In this document: in pieces, positions 29,112 to 37,841 of the stretch | How the letters are laid out: every line of letters starts with the position of its first letter | Position numbering within the stretch: the stretch's first letter is position 1 | Assembly: GCA_963977015.1 (NCBI GenBank) | Contig: CAXBMO010000009.1 | Location: 32,001-96,000 of the forward strand | Direction: 5' to 3' | Source: an uncultured bacterium | GTDB taxonomy: Bacteria; Verrucomicrobiota; Verrucomicrobiia; Verrucomicrobiales; DEV007 | DNA: 64,000 bases | The notes under the pieces: model-generated | What the model was told of the DNA's origin: nothing | Database searches by the model: none | What the model saw: only the letters and a program-made list of their open reading frames with translations | Translations under genes and position numbers: made by a program

Positions 29112-30248
29112 ACGGACACGTCAAAAACAGCGTCGAACAAGAATTTCGTCAAGGCCGTCTGCCCCCATTGTGGGGCAGACCAACTTGAGCCTTCGATCGC
29201 TGTTTCTACTTTCTGCAAGAACTGCGGAGAGCATTTCAAGCTGACGCCTCCCCCCAAACGTTCCTTTGGGTTTGGGATCTTCGGAAGCCGTCAGGATAAG
29301 TCGCCCTTCCAACCCGCCGTTGATCGACCGGTCAGTCAGACCGAGTCCCTGACCAACGCCCCGTCCAAATCAGATTCCGGCGATGAATTGGAGTCTGATG
29401 AAGACAATCACGACGATTTCAACCAAACCGCTGATGGCGTGGAATGGCATGAGGCAGATGAGTTCGTGCCGCCACCACAACCGCCTCCCCGGCCTCTGCC
29501 CTCCCCTCCACCAATTCGCCAGAATGAAGGGGACGAAGTGGAAATCGATGGACAGCGTTTTGTCGAAGTCGAAGCCTACACCACGGTAGAAACTGCCGGG
29601 GCTCCTTTCACTCCGAAAAAGCCTGATCCCAAGGATCGGAAAATTCTCTGTGTCGGCTGTCGCGAGACTCTGTTTGTCAGCAAGCACGCGACATCGACGA
29701 TTTGCCCCCATTGCAGCGAATACTGCAGTTTGGAAAACTTCACCATCGCCAATCACCGGCGGGAGAACATCCGGACCCGGGGCAATGTGGCGATCCAACG
29801 CAAGGCCTCACTCACCGCCAGCGAAGTCATTTGCGATAACCTGAAAGTCTACGGAAAGATCTCCGGGAAAATCGATTGCACAGGAGACGCCTTCTTCCAT
29901 TGCTCTGGGAAAGTTGTGGGGAGTCTTCGCTGCAAGCATTTGATCATTCACAAGATCTGCAACCTCACGTTCCTGCCGGGAATTCACGCCGAAACGGCGG
30001 AGATTCACGGCGAAGTCAAAGGTGACATCATCTGCGACGGGAAGATCAAGATCACGAAAACCGCTACGGTCATTGGCGATTGCACCGCCCCGACGGTCGT
30101 TCTCGAAGATGGAGGTAACCTTTGCGGTCAGATGCGCTTCATGAAGCCTGACCAGGAGATGATGGCGGAATACGCCCGCCGTGCTCAGGAGGCACATGAC
30201 GAACTTTTTGACGAGGAAACGGAAGACGTCGCCGACTCGGAGGAGTAA
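29112..30248 (+). CDS. Bactofilin with two zinc ribbons; start non-canonical or uncertain (ACG 29112 proposed; first canonical start TTG 29388)
   Basis: Frame open from 29073; CPHC-x14-CKNC at 29160-29225, CVGC-x14-CPHC at about 29648-29713, then tandem bactofilin repeats. Confidence 0.8.
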   Translation, partial: TDTSKTASNKNFVKAVCPHCGADQLEPSIAVSTFCKNCGEHFKLTPPPKRSFGFGIFGSRQDKSPFQPAVDRPVSQTESLTNAPSKSDSGDELESDEDNHDDFNQTADGVEWHEADEFVPPPQPPPRPLPSPPPIRQNEGDEVEIDGQRFVEVEAYTTVETAGAPFTPKKPDPKDRKILCVGCRETLFVSKHATSTICPHCSEYCSLENFTIANHRRENIRTRGNVAIQRKASLTASEVICDNLKVYGKISGKIDCTGDAFFHCSGKVVGSLRCKHLIIHKICNLTFLPGIHAETAEIHGEVKGDIICDGKIKITKTATVIGDCTAPTVVLEDGGNLCGQMRFMKPDQEMMAEYARRAQEAHDELFDEETEDVADSEE

Positions 30249-30283
30249 TTTAGCCTCTTTTTCGGAACAAGCGCTCGAAATAA

Positions 30284-30306
30284 GCCCGCGCGTTGGAGCC
30301 GCGGGC
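30284..30306. terminator. GC-rich hairpin downstream of the bactofilin pair
   Basis: GCCCGCG-9nt-CGCGGGC; no U-tract. Confidence 0.3.
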
Positions 30307-30435
30307 CTATAACCACTCGATTTCCAAGATTTTTGAGACCAACAATTGCTCCGAATTGCACCAGATCGAAGAAAAGTGAGAAATAGGCAATTTTAAGCTT
30401 GCCTTTTCTTCAGCTTTCTGCATGTTCCTCACGTC

Positions 30436-30532
30436 TTCAGCAACTGCTGAAACATCAGGCAGCCCGATTGATTTGTGTTTTGTGAGTTTGGGGGTTTTTT
30501 CTCACGGAACCATCAATCGGGCTGCTTTTTTT
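30436..30532 (+). ncRNA. Candidate structured small RNA or attenuator ending in an intrinsic terminator
   Basis: Hairpin TTCAGC/GCTGAA; 14-bp perfect stem 30459-30472/30512-30525; inner 10-bp stem with 2 G-U pairs; T7 tract. Confidence 0.5.
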
Positions 30533-30594
30533 ATGCCCTGAGCTTAGTTTTTTCTGGTGCGTTAGGCGGCTGTCCTATTAAACTGAGCCGCCCC

Positions 30595-32646
30595 ATGTAT
30601 CGCCCCTTTTTGTTGTTGTTGGCGGTCGTAACCCCTCAAGCGACCGGTCAGGAGATCTATCTCAGCCCCCTTTCCCGTTTCGAGTTCCTGTTGGAAACGA
30701 AGCCCATGCAGGAGCGTTGCCAAAAGGAGATCTGGCTCGCCAACGCGCTTGTCCAAAGTTCTCAATCCCGGCTCGCCAAGATGGAAGACCTCAAGGAAAA
30801 GGGATTCAGCTCAACGCCGGTCGTCGAAAAGCAGCGGCAGCGGGTCGCCGGGAACCAATCCCTCGTTCTGATGTGGCAAACATTTGCCCGTGCCGTCTCA
30901 ACTGCGGAAACTCGCGTTCAGGAAAGTTCTTCGCCCGCCTTTACGAATCAGACTTCCGTCCTAGTTCCCGGGATCACTCAACGAATCGGGAACATCAACC
31001 TGTTCACATTACGGTGCCAGCCCGGCGAAGCTCAACTGCAATCCGCGATCGCGTATCTGGAAGCACGCAAAGTCCCGACAAATCTCGGGAAAAAACTGGG
31101 CGAGTTGGACCGAAACTTTCTTTCCGGATTGGGCGAAGCCATTGAGCAGTTGAATTCGCCTTATGCGAGTGACGTTGGCCGCTATCAGTCCCAATTGTTT
31201 CACGCAGCATCCCATCACGCTGACTCTGAGCATGGTATCGAACAACTGGAACGTGACATTGCCCGTCTCAAACGAGCGGTCGATGACGGCGCTCTCGAGA
31301 ACGTGGCGAGCTTTCCTTGGCTCAGCCAACCACTCGGCCTGCTCGGGTCCGGCTGGCGTTGCGGGACCGAAGCTTCGCCCGAAGTCATCGCACTGTGTTT
31401 GCCGATAGCCAAAGCTCAAGAAAGCGCGACGGCACCCATTGAGCTCGCAAAGCTTCAACTGGAATTGGCGGAACATCGTTTAAAGGTGAAAACGCAGGCT
31501 CGAACCCGAAATGTCGCCTCCGATCTGGAGTTGGAAGCCGCACAGATTCAACTTACGGTCGCCAGAACCCAGCTTGCCGCGAACCAAGCCTCAGCTGCGG
31601 GCCATCGACTCCGCTATGAGCAACTTCTTGGGTTGCTCGATCGCCCCCCCGTCTCCCACGGACCACCTCACTTGACTGAACTGGCCCAGATCGAGAAGTT
31701 CGCGAACGCGAAACTCGAGCCGTTGCTGGATTCGCCACAGTTTGTCTATGGATGGCTGAAAAACCTGGAAGGCTGGCTTCGGGCTTGGAACAGCTGGGAA
31801 AACGCCAGGCAAAATCAGCAGTTTGAGGAAACGCAAACCGAGCGCATTCTCGCGCTCAAGAAGACGACCGAAAATGAGCGGCGCAAGGTAACGCTCAAGG
31901 CCCAATTGGCCCGGGCCGTTTGCAACGCAGCCCGGGAACAGCTTCACCTCAAAGCACTGGAGTTCGACCAATGGATCGCCATCGCCGAATTGGCGAGAAA
32001 ACCAAGAGCTTCCACCAATGAGCCCATTCCTGAAACGATTCTTGCCTCAAGCCTCCAGGTTGCAAAAACAAACGAAGCACTCCTGAGAGCCATCCACACT
32101 CAGCGCGCCGCATATTTTCACTATCAGGCAAACCACGTGGCCAAGCTGGAAAAGGTTCACGCGAAAGGCGCGGCAACGGCCTACGAAGTTGCTCAAAATC
32201 GGAGTCGACTGGCGATGGCTCAAGGAACCCTCGAATCCCTCCAACCCAGCTTGGAAATTCACAGCCTGGAACAGGAACTCCATTTCGCGATCGGCAAGAG
32301 CGCCAAACTGCGTTCGATTCATGATCTCGGCGAAAATGGAACTCAGTTGTTGTCTCAGATTGCCGCTGCTCGGCAACGCCCCAATCCCGGTCTGATCCTT
32401 CACCTGGAAGCCGCTCGGGAATTTGCGGAACGTCGCGCTGAGCGCATGGAGCCACTTGTGGCAAAGGGATACGCCACGAAATTGGAACAGGACGAAGTGG
32501 AGCGAAATCGAGAACGCTATCGCCTCATTGCTCAATCGGAGCGAAACCGGGAACTTGCCGTCATTCCCGCAGTGAAGTTGCTCGACACGCCCGACCAAAC
32601 TCCGAACATACCGTTGGCCGGCCTCGTCGTTGATCCGCTGAACTGA
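30595..32646 (+). CDS. Exported hypothetical protein with repeated TolC/MFP-like alpha-helical hairpins
   Basis: Signal peptide MYRPFLLLLAVV; repeats such as LKEKGFSS, VHAKGAATAYEV, LVAKGYATKLE. Confidence 0.75.
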   Translation: MYRPFLLLLAVVTPQATGQEIYLSPLSRFEFLLETKPMQERCQKEIWLANALVQSSQSRLAKMEDLKEKGFSSTPVVEKQRQRVAGNQSLVLMWQTFARAVSTAETRVQESSSPAFTNQTSVLVPGITQRIGNINLFTLRCQPGEAQLQSAIAYLEARKVPTNLGKKLGELDRNFLSGLGEAIEQLNSPYASDVGRYQSQLFHAASHHADSEHGIEQLERDIARLKRAVDDGALENVASFPWLSQPLGLLGSGWRCGTEASPEVIALCLPIAKAQESATAPIELAKLQLELAEHRLKVKTQARTRNVASDLELEAAQIQLTVARTQLAANQASAAGHRLRYEQLLGLLDRPPVSHGPPHLTELAQIEKFANAKLEPLLDSPQFVYGWLKNLEGWLRAWNSWENARQNQQFEETQTERILALKKTTENERRKVTLKAQLARAVCNAAREQLHLKALEFDQWIAIAELARKPRASTNEPIPETILASSLQVAKTNEALLRAIHTQRAAYFHYQANHVAKLEKVHAKGAATAYEVAQNRSRLAMAQGTLESLQPSLEIHSLEQELHFAIGKSAKLRSIHDLGENGTQLLSQIAAARQRPNPGLILHLEAAREFAERRAERMEPLVAKGYATKLEQDEVERNRERYRLIAQSERNRELAVIPAVKLLDTPDQTPNIPLAGLVVDPLN

Positions 32647-32649
32647 GGG

Positions 32650-33792
32650 CTAAACCGCGCGAACCACATCGATCACCGCCTCCGCGATTCGAGTTTGGTC
32701 TTCCCTGGTTAGATCAGCGCCAGATGGCAGGCACAGCCCACGCTCGAACAAATCGGCACAAACCTCCCCGCCCACGGCTTCGACGCTCTCGAACAACGGT
32801 TGGAGATGCATCGGCTTCCACAGGGGACGCGACTCCACGTTGAGCGTTTCCAATTTCAACCTCACATCTTCCGGCGTTGCCTTTGTTTTCGCCGGGTCCA
32901 ACGTGATGCAGCTGAGCCAATGCGTCGTATCGGCCCACTCCGGCACGGGCATCATGTCGATCGCCTCGATCCCGGCAAAGCTCTCCGTGTAGGCATTGAA
33001 GTTGTGCTTGGTTTTGGCCACGATACCTTCCAAGGCTTCCATTTGTCCCAGCCCAATCGCCGCCAACACGTTGCTGAGTCGATAGTTGTATCCCACCTCG
33101 GAATGCTGGTAGTGGGGGGCCGGGTCGCGAGCCTGAGTTGACAGGAATCGGGCACGATCCGCCAAATTCGGATCCTTCGTCACAAACATTCCGCCACCAC
33201 TCGTGGTAATGATCTTGTTGCCATTGAACGAGTAAGCGCCGGAAAGGCCATCCAGGCCCAACGCCCGCCCTTTGTAGCGGGCGCCCAACGCCTCGGCGGC
33301 GTCTTCAATCAGGATGACGTCAAATCGATCGCAAATGCCCTTAATCGCATCCAAATCGGCCGGCTGCCCATAAAGATGAACGAGCACGAGCGCCTTGGGA
33401 ATGCGGTTTTCAGCGGCGCGTTTCTTCAGAAAGGTTTCCAGCAACTGGGGATCCAGATTCCAGGATTCCCGATCGCTATCAACGAGAATCGGCTTCGCTC
33501 CGAGATACAGAATCGGATTGCAGGACGCGACAAACGTGAACGAGGAACACATCACTTCATCGCCGGCTTCGATCCCTGCCAAAATCAGCCCGAGATGCAC
33601 CGCGGCCGTTCCCGAAACCAGGGCAACCGGATATCCCCCCCCCAGGTTCTCGGCGAAGACTTCCTCAAATCTGGTCAAATGCGGCCCAACCGGAGCGATC
33701 CAGTTTTGGTCAAAGACTTCCCGCACATAGTCAAGTTCGGAGCCGCCCATGAAGGGTGGCGAAAGGTAGATTCGGGAATTTGGATCACTCAT
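32650..33792 (-). CDS. DegT/DnrJ/EryC1/StrS aminotransferase (PglE/EpsN-like)
   Basis: SGTAAVHL, VHLYG, EDAAEALG, SFNGNKIITTSGGG, GYNYRLSN, RPLWKPMHLQP. Confidence 0.95.
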   Translation of the reverse strand: MSDPNSRIYLSPPFMGGSELDYVREVFDQNWIAPVGPHLTRFEEVFAENLGGGYPVALVSGTAAVHLGLILAGIEAGDEVMCSSFTFVASCNPILYLGAKPILVDSDRESWNLDPQLLETFLKKRAAENRIPKALVLVHLYGQPADLDAIKGICDRFDVILIEDAAEALGARYKGRALGLDGLSGAYSFNGNKIITTSGGGMFVTKDPNLADRARFLSTQARDPAPHYQHSEVGYNYRLSNVLAAIGLGQMEALEGIVAKTKHNFNAYTESFAGIEAIDMMPVPEWADTTHWLSCITLDPAKTKATPEDVRLKLETLNVESRPLWKPMHLQPLFESVEAVGGEVCADLFERGLCLPSGADLTREDQTRIAEAVIDVVRAV

Positions 33793-33795
33793 GAA

Positions 33796-34401
33796 CTAAG
33801 AAAGGGCTCGTGCGGGAACTCCGACCACCGTCAGATCATCTGCGACAGATCGAATCACCGCAGCTCCGGCGCCAACGTTCACTCGGCTTCCCACTTCGCA
33901 ACCCTGGATCACGACCGCATTGGCCCCCACCAAGGTCTCCTCCCCCACTTTGACAGCCCCGGCCAGAACCGCGCCCGGCGCAATGTGGGCATAGGCACCG
34001 ACTTCAACATGATGCTCAACGATCGCTCCGGAATTGATGATTGCGCCTTCGCCCAGGTTGGCCTCCGCATGCACAACGGCTCTGGGCCCTACGAAAATCC
34101 CCTTCTGAAGCGTCGCGCTCGGACTCATCATCGCCGATGGATGAATCACATTGACCAGCTGATCTTGAAATCGCGCCGCCACCTTCCGGCGCGTCCCATT
34201 CACTCCAATCGCGACAATGCATTTGAGATCGTGCTCTCCCAGACTTGCCGCATCGAGAACGTTCCAGCTTCCAACCCGGGTTCCTGTTTCCACGCCATCA
34301 TCGGCAAAACCGATGACTTCCCAACCGGAAGCCGCAGCAGCTTCGGCAACGACCAAACCATGGCCCGACGCGCCAAAAACGAGAATTCTAGGCTTCTTCA
34401 T
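33796..34401 (-). CDS. Sugar acetyltransferase (PglD/EpsM/NeuD-like)
   Basis: GASGHG, AIG.N..R, IHPSA, hexapeptide repeats, VGVPAR. Confidence 0.93.
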   Translation of the reverse strand: MKKPRILVFGASGHGLVVAEAAAASGWEVIGFADDGVETGTRVGSWNVLDAASLGEHDLKCIVAIGVNGTRRKVAARFQDQLVNVIHPSAMMSPSATLQKGIFVGPRAVVHAEANLGEGAIINSGAIVEHHVEVGAYAHIAPGAVLAGAVKVGEETLVGANAVVIQGCEVGSRVNVGAGAAVIRSVADDLTVVGVPARALS

Positions 34402-34984
34402 ATCCGGTAAATTTGGGCATGGTTACGTGGTCTTCCGCACTCACACCTTCGCGCTTGAGCACCGTCGCGACCGTGAGCAGCAGAATCCTGATATCCAACC
34501 AAAACGACTGGTTTTCAACATACCAAACATCCATCTCAAAGCGATCCGGCCATTTGAGCGTATTGCGCCCGTTGACCTGGGCCCATCCAGTCAGCCCCGG
34601 GCGGACGTCGTGACGATGGGCGTGACGTTCGGAGTAGCGCGGAAGATATTCGACCAAGAGCGGACGAGGCCCCACCAAACTCATCTCACCATTCAGAATG
34701 TTCAGGAGCGTGGGCAACTCATCCAGACTCGTCTTGCGAAGCATCTTTCCGAACCCCGTGAGCCGCTCCGCATCCGGAAGCAATTCACCGTTCTCATCGC
34801 GCTCATCCGTCATCGTGCGAAACTTTCGGAGCTCAAAAATTTCGCCATTCCGACCGGGGCGGGGCTGCCGAAACAACACGGGACGCCCCAGCTTCATGGC
34901 GACCAGGATCGCGAGAACTCCCAACAAAGGGCTCAGAACGAGAAGTGCGGTGAAGGAAACCACGATGTCGAAAGCGCGCTTCAT
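34388..34984 (-). CDS. Monotopic phosphoglycosyltransferase (PglC/EpsL-like)
   Basis: KRAFD, KFRTM, SLDELP, MSLVGPRP, RPGLTGWAQVNGR. Confidence 0.95.
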   Translation of the reverse strand: MKRAFDIVVSFTALLVLSPLLGVLAILVAMKLGRPVLFRQPRPGRNGEIFELRKFRTMTDERDENGELLPDAERLTGFGKMLRKTSLDELPTLLNILNGEMSLVGPRPLLVEYLPRYSERHAHRHDVRPGLTGWAQVNGRNTLKWPDRFEMDVWYVENQSFWLDIRILLLTVATVLKREGVSAEDHVTMPKFTGYEEA

Positions 34985-35189
34985 CTAGAGCATTTGAAGT
35001 GGAGGTGTCGCCAATGCAGCGAGGAGATTTGGCTTCCTGCAAGGCGTTGGGAGGGAGCAGAGCGAGCTCTGTGACTGAGCAAGAACGCAACAGGCGGCCA
35101 AAGATTCCGCTGATTCTCTTCCTTCGGCGAAGCCGCACTCTTTCTTGATCCCAGTCACATTCATTGGCTACAAGTTCACTTAAACTGCT

Positions 35190-36308
35190 CTAGAATCCCA
35201 TGGTATCGATAATCGTGCGGTTGACCACTTTTACGTCGAAACGCTCGGCCATGTAGTTGCGTCCGGCTTCGCCCATTTTGGGGATTTGCTCAGGGTTCTC
35301 CAAAAACCACTTCATGGCGTCGGCCAATGCGTTGCTGTCCTGAACCGGGACCAGCATTCCCGTTTCGCCTTCGCGAAGGGTTTGGCGGCATCCTCCCGGG
35401 CTGTCGGTCGTGATGACGGGCCGTCCCATCGCCGCCGCTTCGAGAACCGTTCGCGGGGTGCCTTCGCGATACGAGGGCAACACATAGACGCTGCATTCTC
35501 GAAACCAGGGGCGCACATCATCAGTTCCCCCATGCAATTTGACGAGTCCACCCGGATTCATCGCATTGAGAGCCTTTTCATCAATCGCGGACGGATTTCC
35601 CACGTCGAAAGGGCCGACAAAACCAAACTCGGCTTCGGGAAAACTCTGGTGAACCAGCTGCGCCGCTTCGAAATACTCGCGAACACCTTTTTCGACAAGA
35701 ATTCTGGCACACATCAGAAATCGCACCGGCCCATCGGGAATCGGCGCCAGTTCATAGTGCTCCAGATCGACACCGGAACCACCGGTGAGGACAGCCTTTT
35801 CGGATTCCATCAAGCCGAGATCGGCAAAAAGTGCGGCGTCGTCTTCGTTTTGGAAAAAGACGCTCGTATTGGTCTTCAGCGCCGTTCGATACATGAGCTT
35901 GGCGATTCCCCCCACGATCCGCTGCTTTCGGGTGCTTCCCATGAAGGCGTAGCCGAGTCCGGTGATCATGGAAAACATCCTGGGAACTCCAGCGAGACGT
36001 GCGGCAATTGATCCGTAAACCACCGGTTTGATGGTGTAGGCGAAAATGCCGTCCGGTTTGATTTCCCGAAAAAGGCGGATCATCTCGTTCATTGAACCGA
36101 GGTCCGCGATGGGGTTCAATCCGGTTCGTTCCAGGTTGAGAGGAATGTAGCGGGCTCCCCACGCTTCGAGCTCAGCGGCAATGGCGTCATCCTCGCCGGA
36201 AGCACAGCCGATCACCTCATGCCCCCGGTTCACCAGATCCTGGATCAGTTTCCCCCGAAAATTGACCAACGACGGCGCAAAACTGCCGAGAAGAACTACC
36301 TTCGCCAT
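35190..36308 (-). CDS. Glycosyltransferase family 4 (PglA-like)
   Basis: SLVNFRG.LI, YTIKPVVYG, ITGLG, FQN.DD, GSGVDL, LPSYREG.PR..LEA; start ATG 36308. Confidence 0.93.
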   Translation of the reverse strand: MAKVVLLGSFAPSLVNFRGKLIQDLVNRGHEVIGCASGEDDAIAAELEAWGARYIPLNLERTGLNPIADLGSMNEMIRLFREIKPDGIFAYTIKPVVYGSIAARLAGVPRMFSMITGLGYAFMGSTRKQRIVGGIAKLMYRTALKTNTSVFFQNEDDAALFADLGLMESEKAVLTGGSGVDLEHYELAPIPDGPVRFLMCARILVEKGVREYFEAAQLVHQSFPEAEFGFVGPFDVGNPSAIDEKALNAMNPGGLVKLHGGTDDVRPWFRECSVYVLPSYREGTPRTVLEAAAMGRPVITTDSPGGCRQTLREGETGMLVPVQDSNALADAMKWFLENPEQIPKMGEAGRNYMAERFDVKVVNRTIIDTMGF

Positions 36309-36394
36309 GGTTGGAAATCTGGGGTGACCAGCAAATTCATCGTCAGACCGAAGCGATGCTCCTCCCCTTCGCAACTCGTTCTGCTCAAAAAAGC

Positions 36395-37681
36395 CTAATC
36401 CGCATCCGGAACGGCCGAGGGAGTCACTTCCGGGGTCTTGATTTGCTCCCCATTGGCGCGAAGCCCAACCGTAAAGGGCAACATGGCCAAGAGCGTGATC
36501 AGGGCAGCCAACAGAAAGGCGGCACCAGGAAAATGAATCTCCGCATCCGCTTTCGAAAAATTATGGAGCGTTTGGGTCATGACAATCGGGCTGATGACCA
36601 TCGCCAACGCTCCCAAACTTGCGGTCGCGCCATGCAATTCACCCTGGGAGTTCTTCGGCGTGAGGTTGGACATGATCGTATTCATCGCGGGGCCGCCAAT
36701 GCCCCCCAGCGCGGAGATCGGAATAATGGCGTAGGCCATCCATGCTTTCTCCGCAAAGGCGAAGCAGGCCAGCGCAAACGCGTTGATCAAAATCCCAATC
36801 CACGCGGTCTTGAACGGGCCAAACCGCTTCACCAACACGCCGACCAACCCGGCTTGAACGACTGCGGCCCCAACGCCCACCAGCGCGAGCGAAAGCCCAA
36901 TCTCCCAGTCTTCCCAGCCATAGCGAATCTTGCAGTGAAAATTCCAGGTCGCCGGGTAAACCGCATGGGCAAAGCCAAAAATCCCGGCCGCCAGAATGAA
37001 CCAAACCACTTTGGGCAGTTTGCGAAAGTGCTGAAACGCTCCCAACGGATTCGCCCGTTTCCACTCAAAACTCCGCCGATTCTCCTTGGCGAGCGACTCC
37101 GGCAAAACGAACCAGCCGTAGAGAAAATTGATCGCGGCGAGCCCGGCCGCGGCAAAAAACGGAGCGCGAGGGCTGATCGTGCTGAAAACCGCCCCCATCG
37201 CCGGGCCAACCACAAACCCCACCCCAAAGGCAGCTCCAATCATGCCGAACGCGCGCCCGCGGTCTTCAGGAGTCGTCACATCCGCGATGTAGGCGTTGGC
37301 GGTGGAAAACGTGGACGATGAAATTCCGGACAAGGCGCGCCCCAGCAGGAGAACCCAAAACGTGTTCGCCACTCCCATCACCAAAAAATCGATCACCAAC
37401 GTTCCGATTGAAGCCAGCAACACGGGGCGGCGGCCAAACCGATCCGAGAGATTGCCCAGCATCGGCGTCGCCAGAAAGTTCATGAGGGCGTAGGTCGCGG
37501 TCAGGGCGCCGCCCCAAGCCACGGCATCCTCCGGTTCCAAATCCATCACCTCTTTGAGAAGCGATGGAATCACGGGAACCACCAGCCCAAACCCCATCAT
37601 ATCCAGCGCCACGGTCACGATCACGAACAGAAAGGCGTTCTTGCCGTGCTGCCGAGTCAGCGGGGCTTGGGTTTTGGGCAT
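36395..37681 (-). CDS. TCR/Tet-family MFS efflux transporter
   Basis: LD.MG.GLV.PV.P, G.LSDRFGRRPVLL, AYIADVT..E.R..AFG; start ATG 37681. Confidence 0.93.
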   Translation of the reverse strand: MPKTQAPLTRQHGKNAFLFVIVTVALDMMGFGLVVPVIPSLLKEVMDLEPEDAVAWGGALTATYALMNFLATPMLGNLSDRFGRRPVLLASIGTLVIDFLVMGVANTFWVLLLGRALSGISSSTFSTANAYIADVTTPEDRGRAFGMIGAAFGVGFVVGPAMGAVFSTISPRAPFFAAAGLAAINFLYGWFVLPESLAKENRRSFEWKRANPLGAFQHFRKLPKVVWFILAAGIFGFAHAVYPATWNFHCKIRYGWEDWEIGLSLALVGVGAAVVQAGLVGVLVKRFGPFKTAWIGILINAFALACFAFAEKAWMAYAIIPISALGGIGGPAMNTIMSNLTPKNSQGELHGATASLGALAMVISPIVMTQTLHNFSKADAEIHFPGAAFLLAALITLLAMLPFTVGLRANGEQIKTPEVTPSAVPDAD

Positions 37682-37806
37682 CCGTTGGCTTTGCCCGAAG
37701 CAAGCCGCCCGGTCAAATCGAAAAGCCCATTGAGGTGGCTTTCGCCAAAGCCAATTTTCCCAAAAATCGCCGAAAATTACCGTCACGCCCATTCGTGAAC
37801 CTCCAC

Positions 37807-37834
37807 TTGCACCCCGCGTCTCTCCTGCCACATT
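37807..37834 (+). promoter_or_regulatory. Putative promoter giving a leaderless glnS mRNA
   Basis: TTGCAC-16nt-CACATT with TGn extension; ATG 7 nt later; no SD. Confidence 0.35.
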
Positions 37835-37841
37835 CCTAACA

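Noticed and set aside
30475-30594. Upstream extension of the 723-aa ORF
   Set aside because: Runs through the hairpin/terminator; the signal peptide begins at ATG 30595.
34985-35189. 205-bp gap within the glycan cluster
   Set aside because: No convincing ORF, repeat or strong structure seen.
36395-37681. Acquired tetracycline resistance gene
   Set aside because: Generic TCR/Tet-family MFS with host-like composition; no tetR or mobile context.
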